Notes: generated by a model not told the origin, from the sequence alone. A stretch of 64,000 bases of DNA from Caulobacteraceae bacterium (GCA_036272595.1 DATAYM010000017.1:49128-113127); one strand, 5' to 3'. Shown: positions 48,676 to 59,302, counted from the stretch's first letter. Translations and numbers: made by a program.

Positions 48676-49673
48676 GCCTCGCCGGCCTTGCGCCAGAAGC
48701 GCACGGCTTCGGCGCGGATGTCCCTGGGCGTGCGCTCGTAACGGCGCCGGAAGGCGCGGTTGAAATAGGACAGGTCGCCGAAGCCGACGTCATAGGCGAT
48801 GCGCGAAATCGGGTCGGCGGCGAACCTTGGGCTGGTCAGCATGGAATGGGCCTGGGTCAAGCGCTGTTCCAGGAGGTAGCCGGTGAAGCTCTGGTGCTCC
48901 GCCTCGAACAGCTGGCGAAGATAGCGCGGCGAGATGCCCTGATCGGCGGCGACGGATTCGGGCGAGAGGTCGAACGCGCCGATGCGCTCGCGGATATGGG
49001 CCTTGGCGGCGCTCAGGCGCCCGGCGGCCAGGCCGCGGCTGGCCGCCAGCGCGGCGGTCTCGCCGCCCGCCCCGACCACCAGGGCCATCAGGTCGCCGAT
49101 ATGGTCGACGACGACGCGGCTGGCCGCCGGCGACAGCTGCGCATCGCCGCTCGGCAGGGTCCGGGCATAGGTGATGAGCAGTTTCAGCGCCTCGGTATCG
49201 GCCGGAATCAGCCGGCCGAAGGCCTGATCGACGCGGCCGGCGAAGGCGCCGAGCACCCGCCGCTCAAGCCTGAGGCACAGATGCCGGCCCGCCACGGGCA
49301 TCACATAAGAGCCGACCTCGCGGCACTCGACCAGGCAGGCGTCGCCGGCGTCGAGCTGGATCTCGCCGCCGGCGCGACGGACGAGGAATGTTCCGCCCAG
49401 GTTGACGAACAGGGCGACATCGTCGTTCTCGGCCGCGGCGATCTCGCGGGTGCGATGATGGATGGCCGGGCCGACCAGGCCGAAGCCGACCCGCAAGGAC
49501 GGCATGGCGCGTAGCGCGGCCTTGGCGCGATAGGGCAGCTCGCTCAACGGGTCGATGGCGAGCCTGAGCAGCTTGCGGGTCATGGTGTCCCGCCAGATGT
49601 CGAACCGCTCGCGCGCGGGCAGGGCATCGCTTGAGAATCGCATCAAGCGAAATTCGGGGTCGGCATCGGCCAT
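48672..49673 (-). CDS. AraC family transcriptional regulator
   Basis: ISPRYLRQLFE; ISRIAYDVGFGDLSYFNRAFRRRY. Confidence 0.92.
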   Translation of the reverse strand: MADADPEFRLMRFSSDALPARERFDIWRDTMTRKLLRLAIDPLSELPYRAKAALRAMPSLRVGFGLVGPAIHHRTREIAAAENDDVALFVNLGGTFLVRRAGGEIQLDAGDACLVECREVGSYVMPVAGRHLCLRLERRVLGAFAGRVDQAFGRLIPADTEALKLLITYARTLPSGDAQLSPAASRVVVDHIGDLMALVVGAGGETAALAASRGLAAGRLSAAKAHIRERIGAFDLSPESVAADQGISPRYLRQLFEAEHQSFTGYLLEQRLTQAHSMLTSPRFAADPISRIAYDVGFGDLSYFNRAFRRRYERTPRDIRAEAVRFWRKAGEA

Positions 49674-49884
49674 GTACTGAGCCCAGGAGGCTGCGCCTGG
49701 CCAAGCTTACCGCGTTCGGCGCGTCGGACGTAGCGTTTGTTGCGCCATTGCAGCGTTTGTTACGCCGCCCAGTCCTGTTCATACGCCGCCCGGTCCAAGC
49801 CGGGGGCCGGACAGCCCCGTTAGTTTGCCGGTCATTCCACCACCGCGGCTGGGCGCGGCGGTGCGAACCTGGGGACTAACCGAC

Positions 49885-52701
49885 GTGAATTCCATCATCC
49901 TGAAGGCCCGGCCGGGCCGCGTCCGGTTGCCGATGCTGCTGGTCGGTGCTTCATTGCTGGCGCTCGACCTGAGCGCTGGCGGCGCCTGGGCGCAGAACTA
50001 CTGCGAGCCGACGGCGTGCGGCGCCGCGACGTTCGACGAGACCGCGGTCGGGAACGGCGCCGGACAGGCCGTCACCGGCACCGGCAACACCGGCGCCGGC
50101 CTGAACTCGTCGAACGACATCACGGGGAACGACAACGTCGGCGCGGGCGAGTCGTCGTCAAGCGAGATCGTCGGCAATCAGAACATCGGGGTTGGACTGG
50201 ATTCGTCCGGGCGGATCAACGGCGACAACAATGTCGGCGTGGGCGTCGGCGCTTCAGCCGCCATCGACGGCTCGGGCAACGTCGGCGTCGGGATGCAAGC
50301 CTCCCATTTCGTGACCGGCGACAACAACAGCGGCTTCGGCGACCAGTCTTCGCAGACGGTCAGCGGCAGCGGCAATATCGGCGTCGGCACGGCGTCGTCG
50401 TCGACCGTCACCGGCACGAACAACAGCGGCGTCGGCTCCTATTCTTCGACCTCGGTCACCGGCAATTTCAACGCCGGAAACGGCTACCAATCCTCGTTCG
50501 CGATCAGTGGGAACGACAATATCGGCGACGGCGCCCAGTCGTCGTGGAGCGTCACCGGCTCGCAAAACACCGGCGCGGGCAGCGAGTCGTCCATGAGCGT
50601 GGTGGGCAACGACAACACCGGCGACGGCTACGGCTCGTCCGAGTCCGTCACTGGCGACAACAACACCGGCTCGGGGTATCTGTCGTCGCGGCGCGTGATC
50701 GGCAACGACAATGTCGGCGTCGGCGACGGCGCCTCGAACGGGGTGAGCGGCAACCAGAACACCGGCATCGGCATCAACGCCTCGCAGTCCGTCACCGGGA
50801 CCGACAATGTGGGCCTTGGCAGCGGCGCCTCGCAGCTGGTTTCGGGCAGCGGCAACGCCGGCGTCGGCGCCGGGGCGTCACGCTTCGTCAGCGGCGGCGG
50901 CAATGTGGGATTCGGCGACAGCGCATCGAATCATGTGACCGGGACGAACAATGTCGGTGTCGGCACGAACGCCTCGCAGTCTGTCACCGGCAGCGGCAAC
51001 AGCGGCTTCGGCGAGGGCTCGTCGCAGAGCGTCAGCGGCGACCTGAACACCGGCGTCGGGGCGCTGTCCTCGACGAACGTGTCGGGCGGCCAGAACTCCG
51101 GCCTCGGCGAACGATCGTCCATGGACGTGACCGGCTCGAGCAACACCGGGGCCGGCGCCTATTCGTCGCTGTCGGTCACCGGCTCGGAAAACACCGGCCT
51201 GGGCGCCTTCGCCCTAGGCTTCGTCAACGGCTCGGGGAACACCGCCGCCGGCGCCCTGGGCGGCTTCATGGTCACCGGCAACGACAACACCGGTCTTGGC
51301 CTCGGCTCGTCGACCGACGTCACCGGCAACGCCAATTCCGGCTCCGGGACCGGCTCCTCGTTCGGCGTCTACGGCGACATGAATACCGGCGCCGGCTACG
51401 AGTCATCGTTTCTCGTCAGCGGCACTGGCAACAGCGGCTTCGGCGAGGGCTCGTCCCAGAGCATCACCGGAAACCTGAACACCGGGCTCGGCGCCCTGTC
51501 GTCGGTCAGCGTCACCGGCTCGGGCAATTCCGGCGTCGGCTGGTTCTCGTCCTCGACGGTGGTTGGCAGCTACAACGCCGGCGACGGCTCCCTCTCCTCG
51601 CTCAACGTCACCGGCTCGTTCAACAGCGGCCTCGGCTACGCCTCGTCGCAATCGGTCAGCGGCGACGGCAACACCGGCGCCGGCGCGGGGGCATCGGCGG
51701 TGGTGGTCGGCAACCTCAACACCGGCGCCGGCGACTCGGCCTCGGTGAACGTGACCGGCGCCTTCAACACCGGCGCCGGCGCCGAGGCGTCGCAGCACGT
51801 GACCGGATCCGGCAACACCGGCGCGGGCGCCCAGTCGTCGACCCAGGTGGTGGGCAACGAGAACACCGGCGCCGGCTTCGCCGCGTCGGTCAGCGTCACC
51901 GGCAACTTGAACACCGGCGCGGGCGAGCTCTCCTCGACCTTCGTGACCGGCAACCTGAACACCGGTTCGGGGGCAGGCTCGTCCAGCTTCGTCACCGGCG
52001 ACAACAACACCGGCGCCGGCGCCCGCTCGTCCGAGTTCGTCAGCGGCAGCGGCAATACGGCGCTGGGCGCGGCGTCCGGCCAGAGCGTCACCGGTTCGTC
52101 GAACGTGGCGGTCGGCTTCCAGGCCGGCGACGGGGTGGCGGCCAGCAACACGGTCGCCGTCGGCGCGACCAGCAACGCCGGGGCGAACGGCGCGGTCGCG
52201 GTCGGCGCCGCCGCGGTCGCCAGCCAGGCCAGCGCGGTCGCCCTGGGCGCCGGCAGCCAGGCCACGGCGGCCAATTCGGTCGCCCTGGGGGCCGGCTCGG
52301 TCGCCAACCAGGCGGACACCGTCTCGGTGGGCGCGGTCGGCGGCGAGCGGCGGATCGTCAATGTCGCCGACGGCACGGCGCCGACCGACGCCGTCAATCT
52401 CGGCCAGCTGACCCAGTCCGCCGCGACCACGCTGTCGCAGGCCAACGCCTACACCAACCTGATCTCGAGACGAGCCGACGCCGCGACCGCCGCGGCCATG
52501 GCCGTCGCCTTCATGCCGCAGCCGGTGACCGCCGGTAGAGGCATGCTCAGCGCCGGCTTCGGCGTCTTCAACGGCCAGGCCGGCTTCGCCGTCGGCGGCG
52601 GCGTTCGCCTCAACGACAATCATACGACTTTCCGCGCCGGCGTGAACTTCACAGCCCAGGGCCGCGCGGGGGGCGGAGCGGGTGTCGGCTGGGAGTTCTA
52701 G
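49885..52701 (+). CDS. YadA-like trimeric autotransporter adhesin
   Basis: Signal peptide; roughly 50 14-aa head repeats; NSVALG; neck ERRIVNVADGTAPTDAVNLGQL; anchor ending GVGWEF; GTG start tentative. Confidence 0.9.
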   Translation: MNSIILKARPGRVRLPMLLVGASLLALDLSAGGAWAQNYCEPTACGAATFDETAVGNGAGQAVTGTGNTGAGLNSSNDITGNDNVGAGESSSSEIVGNQNIGVGLDSSGRINGDNNVGVGVGASAAIDGSGNVGVGMQASHFVTGDNNSGFGDQSSQTVSGSGNIGVGTASSSTVTGTNNSGVGSYSSTSVTGNFNAGNGYQSSFAISGNDNIGDGAQSSWSVTGSQNTGAGSESSMSVVGNDNTGDGYGSSESVTGDNNTGSGYLSSRRVIGNDNVGVGDGASNGVSGNQNTGIGINASQSVTGTDNVGLGSGASQLVSGSGNAGVGAGASRFVSGGGNVGFGDSASNHVTGTNNVGVGTNASQSVTGSGNSGFGEGSSQSVSGDLNTGVGALSSTNVSGGQNSGLGERSSMDVTGSSNTGAGAYSSLSVTGSENTGLGAFALGFVNGSGNTAAGALGGFMVTGNDNTGLGLGSSTDVTGNANSGSGTGSSFGVYGDMNTGAGYESSFLVSGTGNSGFGEGSSQSITGNLNTGLGALSSVSVTGSGNSGVGWFSSSTVVGSYNAGDGSLSSLNVTGSFNSGLGYASSQSVSGDGNTGAGAGASAVVVGNLNTGAGDSASVNVTGAFNTGAGAEASQHVTGSGNTGAGAQSSTQVVGNENTGAGFAASVSVTGNLNTGAGELSSTFVTGNLNTGSGAGSSSFVTGDNNTGAGARSSEFVSGSGNTALGAASGQSVTGSSNVAVGFQAGDGVAASNTVAVGATSNAGANGAVAVGAAAVASQASAVALGAGSQATAANSVALGAGSVANQADTVSVGAVGGERRIVNVADGTAPTDAVNLGQLTQSAATTLSQANAYTNLISRRADAATAAAMAVAFMPQPVTAGRGMLSAGFGVFNGQAGFAVGGGVRLNDNHTTFRAGVNFTAQGRAGGGAGVGWEF

Positions 52702-52825
52702 GACTCCCTCGCCGGCGCCCGCAAAGCCGTCTCACACTCTTCGCCATCGGGTTTCTTCCGGCCCGCGCGGCGCGCGGCTAGGATAGCCGCGCGGCCGATC
52801 CGCCGCGTCCGCCAAGGAAGACGCC

Positions 52826-53575
52826 ATGCAACCCACCGCCCTGGTCACCGGCGCCGGCAGCGGCATCGGCCGGGCCGTGGCGCTTGCCCTGATGGGCAAG
52901 GGCTATCGCGTCGCCCTGGCCGGGCGGCGCGCCGACGCGCTGGCCGAGACGGCGCGGTTGGCGGGCGCGACCGAGGCCGACGCCCTGGTCATGCCGACCG
53001 ACGTCGGCGACGAGGCTGAGGTCGAGGCGCTGTTCCAGGCGATCGGCGAGCGCTTCGGGCGGCTGGACCTTCTGTTCAACAACGCCGGAACCGGCGCCGC
53101 CGCCGTGCCGATCGACGAGCTGTCGGTCGCGCAATGGAACCGGGTGCTGGCGGTCAATCTGACCGGCGCCTTCCTCTGTGCGCGCGGGGCGTTCCGGATG
53201 ATGCGGACCCAGCAGCCGCGCGGCGGGCGGATCATCAACAACGGCTCGATCTCGGCCCATACGCCCCGGCTCTACTCGGCGCCCTACACCGCGACCAAGC
53301 ACGCCATCACCGGCCTGACCAAGTCGCTGGCGCTGGACGGGCGGACCTTCGACATCGCCTGCGGCCAGATCGACATCGGCAACGCCGAAACGCCGCTGAC
53401 CGCCCGCATGGCCGCTGGGGCGCTGCAGCCCAATGGCGAGCTGGCGCCGGAGCCGGTCATGAACGTCAGCCACGTGGCCGACGCGGTGCTCTACATGGCC
53501 GGCCTGCCCCTGGATGCCAACGTCCTGGCCCTGACCGTCATGGCGACCAAGATGCCTTTCGTCGGCCGCGGCTAG
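52826..53575 (+). CDS. Short-chain dehydrogenase/reductase
   Basis: TGAGSGIG; NNAG; YTATK. Confidence 0.92.
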   Translation: MQPTALVTGAGSGIGRAVALALMGKGYRVALAGRRADALAETARLAGATEADALVMPTDVGDEAEVEALFQAIGERFGRLDLLFNNAGTGAAAVPIDELSVAQWNRVLAVNLTGAFLCARGAFRMMRTQQPRGGRIINNGSISAHTPRLYSAPYTATKHAITGLTKSLALDGRTFDIACGQIDIGNAETPLTARMAAGALQPNGELAPEPVMNVSHVADAVLYMAGLPLDANVLALTVMATKMPFVGRG

Positions 53576-53581
53576 GGCCGG

Positions 53582-54631
53582 TCAGGACGGGAGGGCGGTT
53601 TCATTTCGGCTGGCGCCAGGATGGCGGGTGTCGCTCTCCAGCACGTACAACGGCCGGCCCTTCACCTCCATCAGCACCCGGCCGAGATACTCTCCGATGA
53701 CCCCGAGGAAGATCAGCTGAGCCGCGCCGATCATCGAGATCAACACGATCAGCGTCGGATAGCCGGGCGGGCTGACCCCCCAGTAGAACTTCTCGAACAC
53801 GGTCCAGAGGCCATAGCCGCCGGAGAGCATGGCCAGCACCACCCCGGCCCAGACCGCCAGCCTGAGCGGCGCCAGCGAAAACGAGGTGATGCCGTCGACC
53901 GCCAGGAAGCCGAGCTTCAGCGGCGAATAATGGCTGGATCCCGCCGCGCGGATCGGGGCGGTGAAGGCGATGCCCTTCTGGCGGAAGCCGATCCAGCTGT
54001 AGAGCCCCTTCATCATCCGCTGGCGCTCGCCGAGGGTGCGCAGCGCCTGGTAGGCGCGCCGGGACAACAGGCGGAAATCCCCGGCGTCGGGCGGGATGGC
54101 GACCTCGGAGGTGGCGTTGATCAGGCTGTAGAACAGCCGCCGCGAGACTTTCAGCCACCAGGCCTGCGGCCGGTCCCGGTCCTGATAGCCGTAGACGACG
54201 TCGAACCCCTGGTTCAGCCAGCCATCCAGGAACTGGTCGATCAGCGCGACCGGATGCTGCAGGTCGGCGTCCATCACCACCACCGCGTCGGCCTCGGCGT
54301 TCATCAGGGCGGCGGTGATCGCCACCTCCTTGCCGAAGTTGCGGCTGAGGCGCAGCAGGCGCAGATCGAAGCTGAGCGCGCGGCCGGCGCTCAGGCCGGT
54401 CAGCACCTCGCCGCCGCCGTCCAGGCTGCCGTCGTCGACGAAGATGGCGTCGATGCGCACGCCCCATTTCGCCCCGGCCTGACGCGCGAAGTTGTCCAGC
54501 GTCCGCACCAGCAGCGGCAGGTTCACCGCCTCGTTGAAGAAGGGGATGCACAGGCTGACGGTCCGCCCGGGCGGCGGATCGGCGATCGGGATCACATTGG
54601 TCCTGGTGCTGGGAGCCTTGGGCGCAGCCAT
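53582..54631 (-). CDS. GT2 glycosyltransferase, GtrB/bactoprenol-glucosyl transferase-like
   Basis: CIPFFNE; FVDDGSLD; LSRNFGKE; MDADLQHP; two C-terminal TMs. Confidence 0.9.
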   Translation of the reverse strand: MAAPKAPSTRTNVIPIADPPPGRTVSLCIPFFNEAVNLPLLVRTLDNFARQAGAKWGVRIDAIFVDDGSLDGGGEVLTGLSAGRALSFDLRLLRLSRNFGKEVAITAALMNAEADAVVVMDADLQHPVALIDQFLDGWLNQGFDVVYGYQDRDRPQAWWLKVSRRLFYSLINATSEVAIPPDAGDFRLLSRRAYQALRTLGERQRMMKGLYSWIGFRQKGIAFTAPIRAAGSSHYSPLKLGFLAVDGITSFSLAPLRLAVWAGVVLAMLSGGYGLWTVFEKFYWGVSPPGYPTLIVLISMIGAAQLIFLGVIGEYLGRVLMEVKGRPLYVLESDTRHPGASRNETALPS

Positions 54632-54675
54632 GAAAGAACTTTACCATTGTAGGCCGCCATGGCGAATGCGGCGGC

Positions 54676-56439
54676 TTATCCCGCCCTCGCAGCCGCCTCC
54701 AGCACCTCGTCGACCGCGCCGTCGGCCGGCACGCCCAGCCCATGATGGCTATGCCAGAGCGCATAGAAGAGCAGGCTCCAGGCGGCCTGGCCGCGGCGGG
54801 CCGCATCGCCGATCACGGCGCGGACCTGGTCCGGCGGCAGGAACGCCGCCACGCCCGGCTGGGCGGCGACCAGACCGGCGATGCGATCGGCGCGGGCGGC
54901 GATCCACGCGCCCATCGGCGGGTTGAACCCGGTCTTCCGGGCGAAGGGCTCGGCGGCGGGCACGTTGCGCGCCAGCCATTCGCGCAGCAGCCACTTGCCG
55001 AGACCGCCGCGCACCTTGGCCCGGCCCGGCAGACGGAAGGCGAAATCGGCGACCACCGGATCGAGATAGGGGGTGCGGCCTTCCAGCCCGTGCGCCATCA
55101 GGCAGCGGTCGAGCTTGACCAGGAGGTCGTTGGGCAGCCACTCGGCGCAGTCGACGGCCTGCAGCCGCTGCATGGTCGAGCGCCCCTGCCCGGCTTGCGC
55201 CGCCTCGGCGCGCGCCAGGCCATCGCGCCACCCCTTCAGGGCCGGGGCGTCCGCCAGCGGCCCCCGGAACACCCCGCGCGTACGCGAGCGGCCGGCCAGC
55301 GCGCCCAGCAGGCCGGCGCGGCGATAGCGGCTGTAACCGCCGAACACCTCGTCGGCGCCCTCCCCGCTCAGCACCACGGTCATCCGGCCCCTGGCGGCGC
55401 GGGCCAGCATCCAGGTCGGCAGGGCCGCGGCGTCGGCGGTCGGGTCGTCCAGCGCCGCCGCCACCGCCGGCGTGAAGGCCCAGAAGTCGGCCTCGGTGAC
55501 CTCCACCACCTGATGCTCGGCGCCGACGGCCCGTGCGACCCGCCGGGCGAGCGCGGTCTCGTCATCGCCGCCGCCTGGAAAACCGGCGGTCATCGCATGC
55601 ACCGGCTGATCGGTGAGCCGCGCCATCAGCGCGACCAGCACGGAGGAATCGATGCCGCCGGACAGGAACAGGCCGTAGGGCACGTCCGAGCGCAAATGGT
55701 GAGCGACGGTGTCGATCAGCACCTCGTCCAACCGGCGCAGCAGCGCCTCGTCGTCGGCGGGGATCGGACCGCCGGCCGGCAGGGCGGCCCGGGTCCGGCG
55801 TTCGCTCACCTCCCCGGCGGACAGCACCAGCAGTTCGCCTGGCAGGACGCGCCGGATGTCGGCGAAGACGGTTTCGCGGCCGGTGGTGAACTTCAGCTGC
55901 ATCAGTTCGGCGCGGGCGGCGGGCCGCAACGTCGGGCCGGCCAGACCGGCGGCGATCAGCGCCTGGGCTTCTGAGGCGAAGGCGAAAAACTCCGCCGTTT
56001 CAGCATAATAGAGCTGTTTTATGCCAAACGGATCGCGCGCCAGCACCACCTTCCCGGTCGTCGGGTCGTAGAGGGCGATGGCGTACATGCCGCGCAGGTC
56101 GGCCACGAAGTCGGTCCCCTGGCTGCGGTAGAGCTGCAAAGGCGACTCGCAGTCCGAGCCGGTCCGGTAGGACGCGCCGGCCAGGGCCGCGCGAATTTCC
56201 GGATCGTTGTAGATCTCGCCGTTGGCGACCAGCACCGCGCCTTCAGCGTCGAACAGCGGCTGGTCGCCGGTCTCCAGGTCGATGATCGCCAGGCGGGTGT
56301 TGACCAGGCCGACCGGCCCGGTGACGAACCGGCCGACCCCGTCCGGCCCGCGGTGGGCGATGGCGCGCGCCAGCGCGTCCAGCCGCGCCTCGTCCACCGG
56401 CTGGCCGTTCCGCATGACGATGCCGGCAATGCCGCACAC
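54676..56439 (-). CDS. asnB: Asparagine synthase (glutamine-hydrolysing) family amidotransferase
   Basis: MCGIAG; HRGPDG; NGEIYN; LSGGIDSS; LSGEGADE. Confidence 0.9.
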   Translation of the reverse strand: MCGIAGIVMRNGQPVDEARLDALARAIAHRGPDGVGRFVTGPVGLVNTRLAIIDLETGDQPLFDAEGAVLVANGEIYNDPEIRAALAGASYRTGSDCESPLQLYRSQGTDFVADLRGMYAIALYDPTTGKVVLARDPFGIKQLYYAETAEFFAFASEAQALIAAGLAGPTLRPAARAELMQLKFTTGRETVFADIRRVLPGELLVLSAGEVSERRTRAALPAGGPIPADDEALLRRLDEVLIDTVAHHLRSDVPYGLFLSGGIDSSVLVALMARLTDQPVHAMTAGFPGGGDDETALARRVARAVGAEHQVVEVTEADFWAFTPAVAAALDDPTADAAALPTWMLARAARGRMTVVLSGEGADEVFGGYSRYRRAGLLGALAGRSRTRGVFRGPLADAPALKGWRDGLARAEAAQAGQGRSTMQRLQAVDCAEWLPNDLLVKLDRCLMAHGLEGRTPYLDPVVADFAFRLPGRAKVRGGLGKWLLREWLARNVPAAEPFARKTGFNPPMGAWIAARADRIAGLVAAQPGVAAFLPPDQVRAVIGDAARRGQAAWSLLFYALWHSHHGLGVPADGAVDEVLEAAARAG

Positions 56440-56570
56440 CGCTCAGGACCCCGGGGTCGCCGAAGAGGAAGACGAGAGAGTCAAGCTGCAACACATCCAA
56501 GCGGTGACGCGGGGCCGTGACTAAGAGCCGATATGCCGCCGCGGAACAAGAAGCCGTCGCTGGGGGCCGG

Positions 56571-57944
56571 TCAGAACTGCGCGTGCAGGCGCGCGGCGAA
56601 GATCGGCGCCGGGCCGCGGTCGCGGTTGTAGGCCGGGTTGCCGACCAGCTGGGCGTCGAAGCTGAGCGCGGTGTTCGCCGTCAGGCCTATCTTGTAATAG
56701 GTCTCCAGGATCTCCTCCGGTCCGGGGTGCGGCAGCTTGCCGTCGCCGACCAGGATGCCGAGCCCGCCGTCGGCCAGATACCGCTGGTGGATCTTCGATA
56801 TGGTGTTCACCACGCCCGCCACGCCGACGGTGTCGTCCTTGCGGCCCCAGCGTTTGCCGCTCAGCGACAGGCCGCCGGAGACCGTCTGGTCGATGTCGGC
56901 GTACTCATAGGGCTCGACGTTTCCGTCGGCGACGCCGGCGCGCACGAAAAAGCCGAGATCGTCGCTCAGCGACTGCTCGAGGTCGAGGCTGACGCCGGTG
57001 CGGCTGCGATACCGGCGGACGGCGGCCGTGCTGGGCGGCTGGCCGGTCGCCTGCGAAAGCTGGATGGCGTCGGCGAAGGTTCCCATCCGTCCGCGGGTGA
57101 GGAAACCGGTCAGCATCACCCGGCCGTCCTGACCGGCGATGGTGTGGCGCTCCTCAAGTTCGCCGACATACTGGTCCTGGCCGAAGGTGGGATCGATGAG
57201 GCTGCCGTTGGGCACGTCGGACAGGTCGAACGCCCCGGCCCGCAAGGTCCAGCGGCCCTGGTACCACTCGAGCGCCGTTCCGTAGGTGTAGCCCCAGGCG
57301 TCGGCGGCGTAGTCGAAACTGCCGGCGTCGACGACCGACCAGTTCAGGAAATCGTTGGCCGCGTCGTGGGCGTATTTGTTGGTGTCGAAGATATCGACCA
57401 CCGATAGCTTGCCGACCCAGAACACCAGCCGGTTGGCGGTGTGCGAGCCGCCCAGCTGGTTCTGGTCGGGGTCGACCTTCTGGCTCTCGCCGCCCAGGTC
57501 GATGGTCTGGCGGAAGAACATCCGCTGCAGCCGCAGGTACGGCACGACCTTGCCGACCTTGGCGCCCTGGCCGTTGGGGAAGCCGGCGACGCCCTCCGTA
57601 TCGGAGAGGCCGAAGCCCTGGTCGATCTCCGGGTCGATCCAGAGTTCGCCGCCGCGCCAGGGGCGAAAGCCGGCGTAGAGCGTGGCGGTGAAGGTCTCGC
57701 GGCCTTGCGACGGCCTCAGGCTGTTCTGGCCGACATAGGGCGAGCGGAAGTCCGTCACCGCCTGGTCGATCAAGGTCGATTGGGCGTGGATGGCGAAGGT
57801 CTCGTCCTTGGCCGGGGCGGCGGCGTTGTCGTCGTCGGCGCGCGCGCGGCCCGGCAGCCCGGCCAGGACGGCGAGCGCCGCCAGCGCGGCGAGGCGCCGA
57901 ACCTGGAGCGGTGCGGCCAACAGGGAGCGGGACGACGACAGCAT
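56571..57944 (-). CDS. OprB family porin (MnoP-like subgroup)
   Basis: Signal peptide; EIDQGFGLSDTEGVAGFPNG; FDYAADAWGYTYG; NPAYNRDRGP; terminal F. Confidence 0.85.
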   Translation of the reverse strand: MLSSSRSLLAAPLQVRRLAALAALAVLAGLPGRARADDDNAAAPAKDETFAIHAQSTLIDQAVTDFRSPYVGQNSLRPSQGRETFTATLYAGFRPWRGGELWIDPEIDQGFGLSDTEGVAGFPNGQGAKVGKVVPYLRLQRMFFRQTIDLGGESQKVDPDQNQLGGSHTANRLVFWVGKLSVVDIFDTNKYAHDAANDFLNWSVVDAGSFDYAADAWGYTYGTALEWYQGRWTLRAGAFDLSDVPNGSLIDPTFGQDQYVGELEERHTIAGQDGRVMLTGFLTRGRMGTFADAIQLSQATGQPPSTAAVRRYRSRTGVSLDLEQSLSDDLGFFVRAGVADGNVEPYEYADIDQTVSGGLSLSGKRWGRKDDTVGVAGVVNTISKIHQRYLADGGLGILVGDGKLPHPGPEEILETYYKIGLTANTALSFDAQLVGNPAYNRDRGPAPIFAARLHAQF

Positions 57945-58051
57945 GGGGCCCCCTTCGGCGAACCTGCAGACGAACCGCGACAGTTCGAACCCCGGCATTT
58001 GGAAAATCCCGCCGCGCGAGGTGGTTCCACGGCCGGGCGAGCAGCTATGCT

Positions 58052-58063
58052 ATACCCCGGTAT
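58052..58063. promoter_or_regulatory. CsoR/RcnR-type operator
   Basis: atacc-cc-ggtat dyad with a central C tract, about 20 bp upstream of the repressor gene. Confidence 0.6.
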
Positions 58064-58083
58064 GCCACAAGTGAGAAAACCGC

Positions 58084-58361
58084 ATGGCCCACATCGCGCG
58101 CGAGAAGGTCAAGCTGCTCAACCGTCTAAGGCGAATGCTGGGGCAGCTGGCGGCGATCGAGCGGGCCGTGAGAGCGACGGCGAATGCGCCAGGGTGCTGC
58201 AGCAGGTCACCGTCTGCCGCGGCGCACTGGACGGTTTCATCGCCGAGGTGATCGAGGACCATATCCGCGAGCATATGCTCGATCCGGCGGCGCCGAACGG
58301 CGACCCGCGCGTACAGGCGGCCGAGGAACTGGTCTCCATCGTGCACTCGTACCTGACCTAG
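58084..58361 (+). pseudogene. RcnR/FrmR/CsoR family repressor with a 1-nt frameshift
   Basis: MAHIAREKVKLLNRLRRMLGQLAAIERAV, then ESDGECARVLQQVTVCRGALDG..EVIEDHIREH in another frame; span 278 nt. Confidence 0.85.
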
Positions 58362-58573
58362 CGCATCCGACGGGCGGCCGCCTCGGAAACGCCTGGGAGC
58401 GATGGGCGCGAGGTCCAGCTTGACGGGTGTTACATTATTACATAACAGCCCGGCTGCGCGCATCGGACGCGTCCGGAGCCCGGCCGACCTCCCCCCTGCG
58501 CCGCCTGGAAGGAGCGATCCATGAAACCTCTCTCTGCGCCGCCACGGCTTTCAGCGCCTCGCTGATCAGCGGC

Positions 58574-59302
58574 GTGAAGGCTGAGACCGCGCCGCTGCTG
58601 GTTCTGCTCATCGGCGTCCTCACCGGCGCCGCGACCATTTTTGGCGGCGCGCTGGCGTTGCGGTTCCGCTCGGCGCTGAACCTGTTCCTCGGTTTCAGCA
58701 GCGGGGCGGTCATCGGCGTCGCCCTGTTCGACCTGTTGCCGGAGGCCCTGGACCTGGGCGCGCCGCATTTCCACCCGCTCACGATCACAACGGGCGTCGC
58801 GGCCGGCCTTGCGCTCTACCTCGCCCTCGACCGGGCCATGACGATCCTGAGCACCGGATCGGAAGGCCGCCGGCGCCATCTTGGGCCCGCCAGCCTGACG
58901 GCGCACAGCCTCATGGACGGCCTGGGCATCGGCTTCGCTTTTCAGATCTCCTCGGCCGCCGGCGCGATTGTGGCTTTCGCGGTGCTGGCCCACGACGTCT
59001 TCGACGGCGCCAATACCGTCACCCTCAGCCTCGGCGGCGGATCGCCACCGACCACGGCCCGCCGCTGGCTTGCCGCCGACGCCATCGCCCCATTCCTCGG
59101 GATCCTGATCGCGCGCATGATCGCCATCCCGGCCGCGGGGCTCGCCCTTCTGCTGGCCCTGTTCGCAGGCTTCTTCCTCTATATCGGCGCGAGCGAGCTG
59201 CTTCCCCGCGCCCACGGGCAAAGGCCGCACCTGTCGACGGTGGCCGCGACCGTCGTCGGCCTCGGCTTCATCTATGCGGTGGTCCGCCTGGCGTCGATCT
59301 GA
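58574..59302 (+). CDS. ZIP family divalent metal transporter
   Basis: ALFDLLPEA; HSLMDGLGIG; VLAHDVFDG; LYIGASELLP; start uncertain. Confidence 0.85.
   Translation: MKAETAPLLVLLIGVLTGAATIFGGALALRFRSALNLFLGFSSGAVIGVALFDLLPEALDLGAPHFHPLTITTGVAAGLALYLALDRAMTILSTGSEGRRRHLGPASLTAHSLMDGLGIGFAFQISSAAGAIVAFAVLAHDVFDGANTVTLSLGGGSPPTTARRWLAADAIAPFLGILIARMIAIPAAGLALLLALFAGFFLYIGASELLPRAHGQRPHLSTVAATVVGLGFIYAVVRLASI

Noticed and set aside
50040-52150. Ice nucleation protein
   Set aside because: Period is 14 aa rather than the 8/16/48-aa InaZ pattern, and the protein has a YadA neck and anchor.
50016-52538. 840-aa Arg-rich ORF
   Set aside because: Off-frame reading of the autotransporter repeats.
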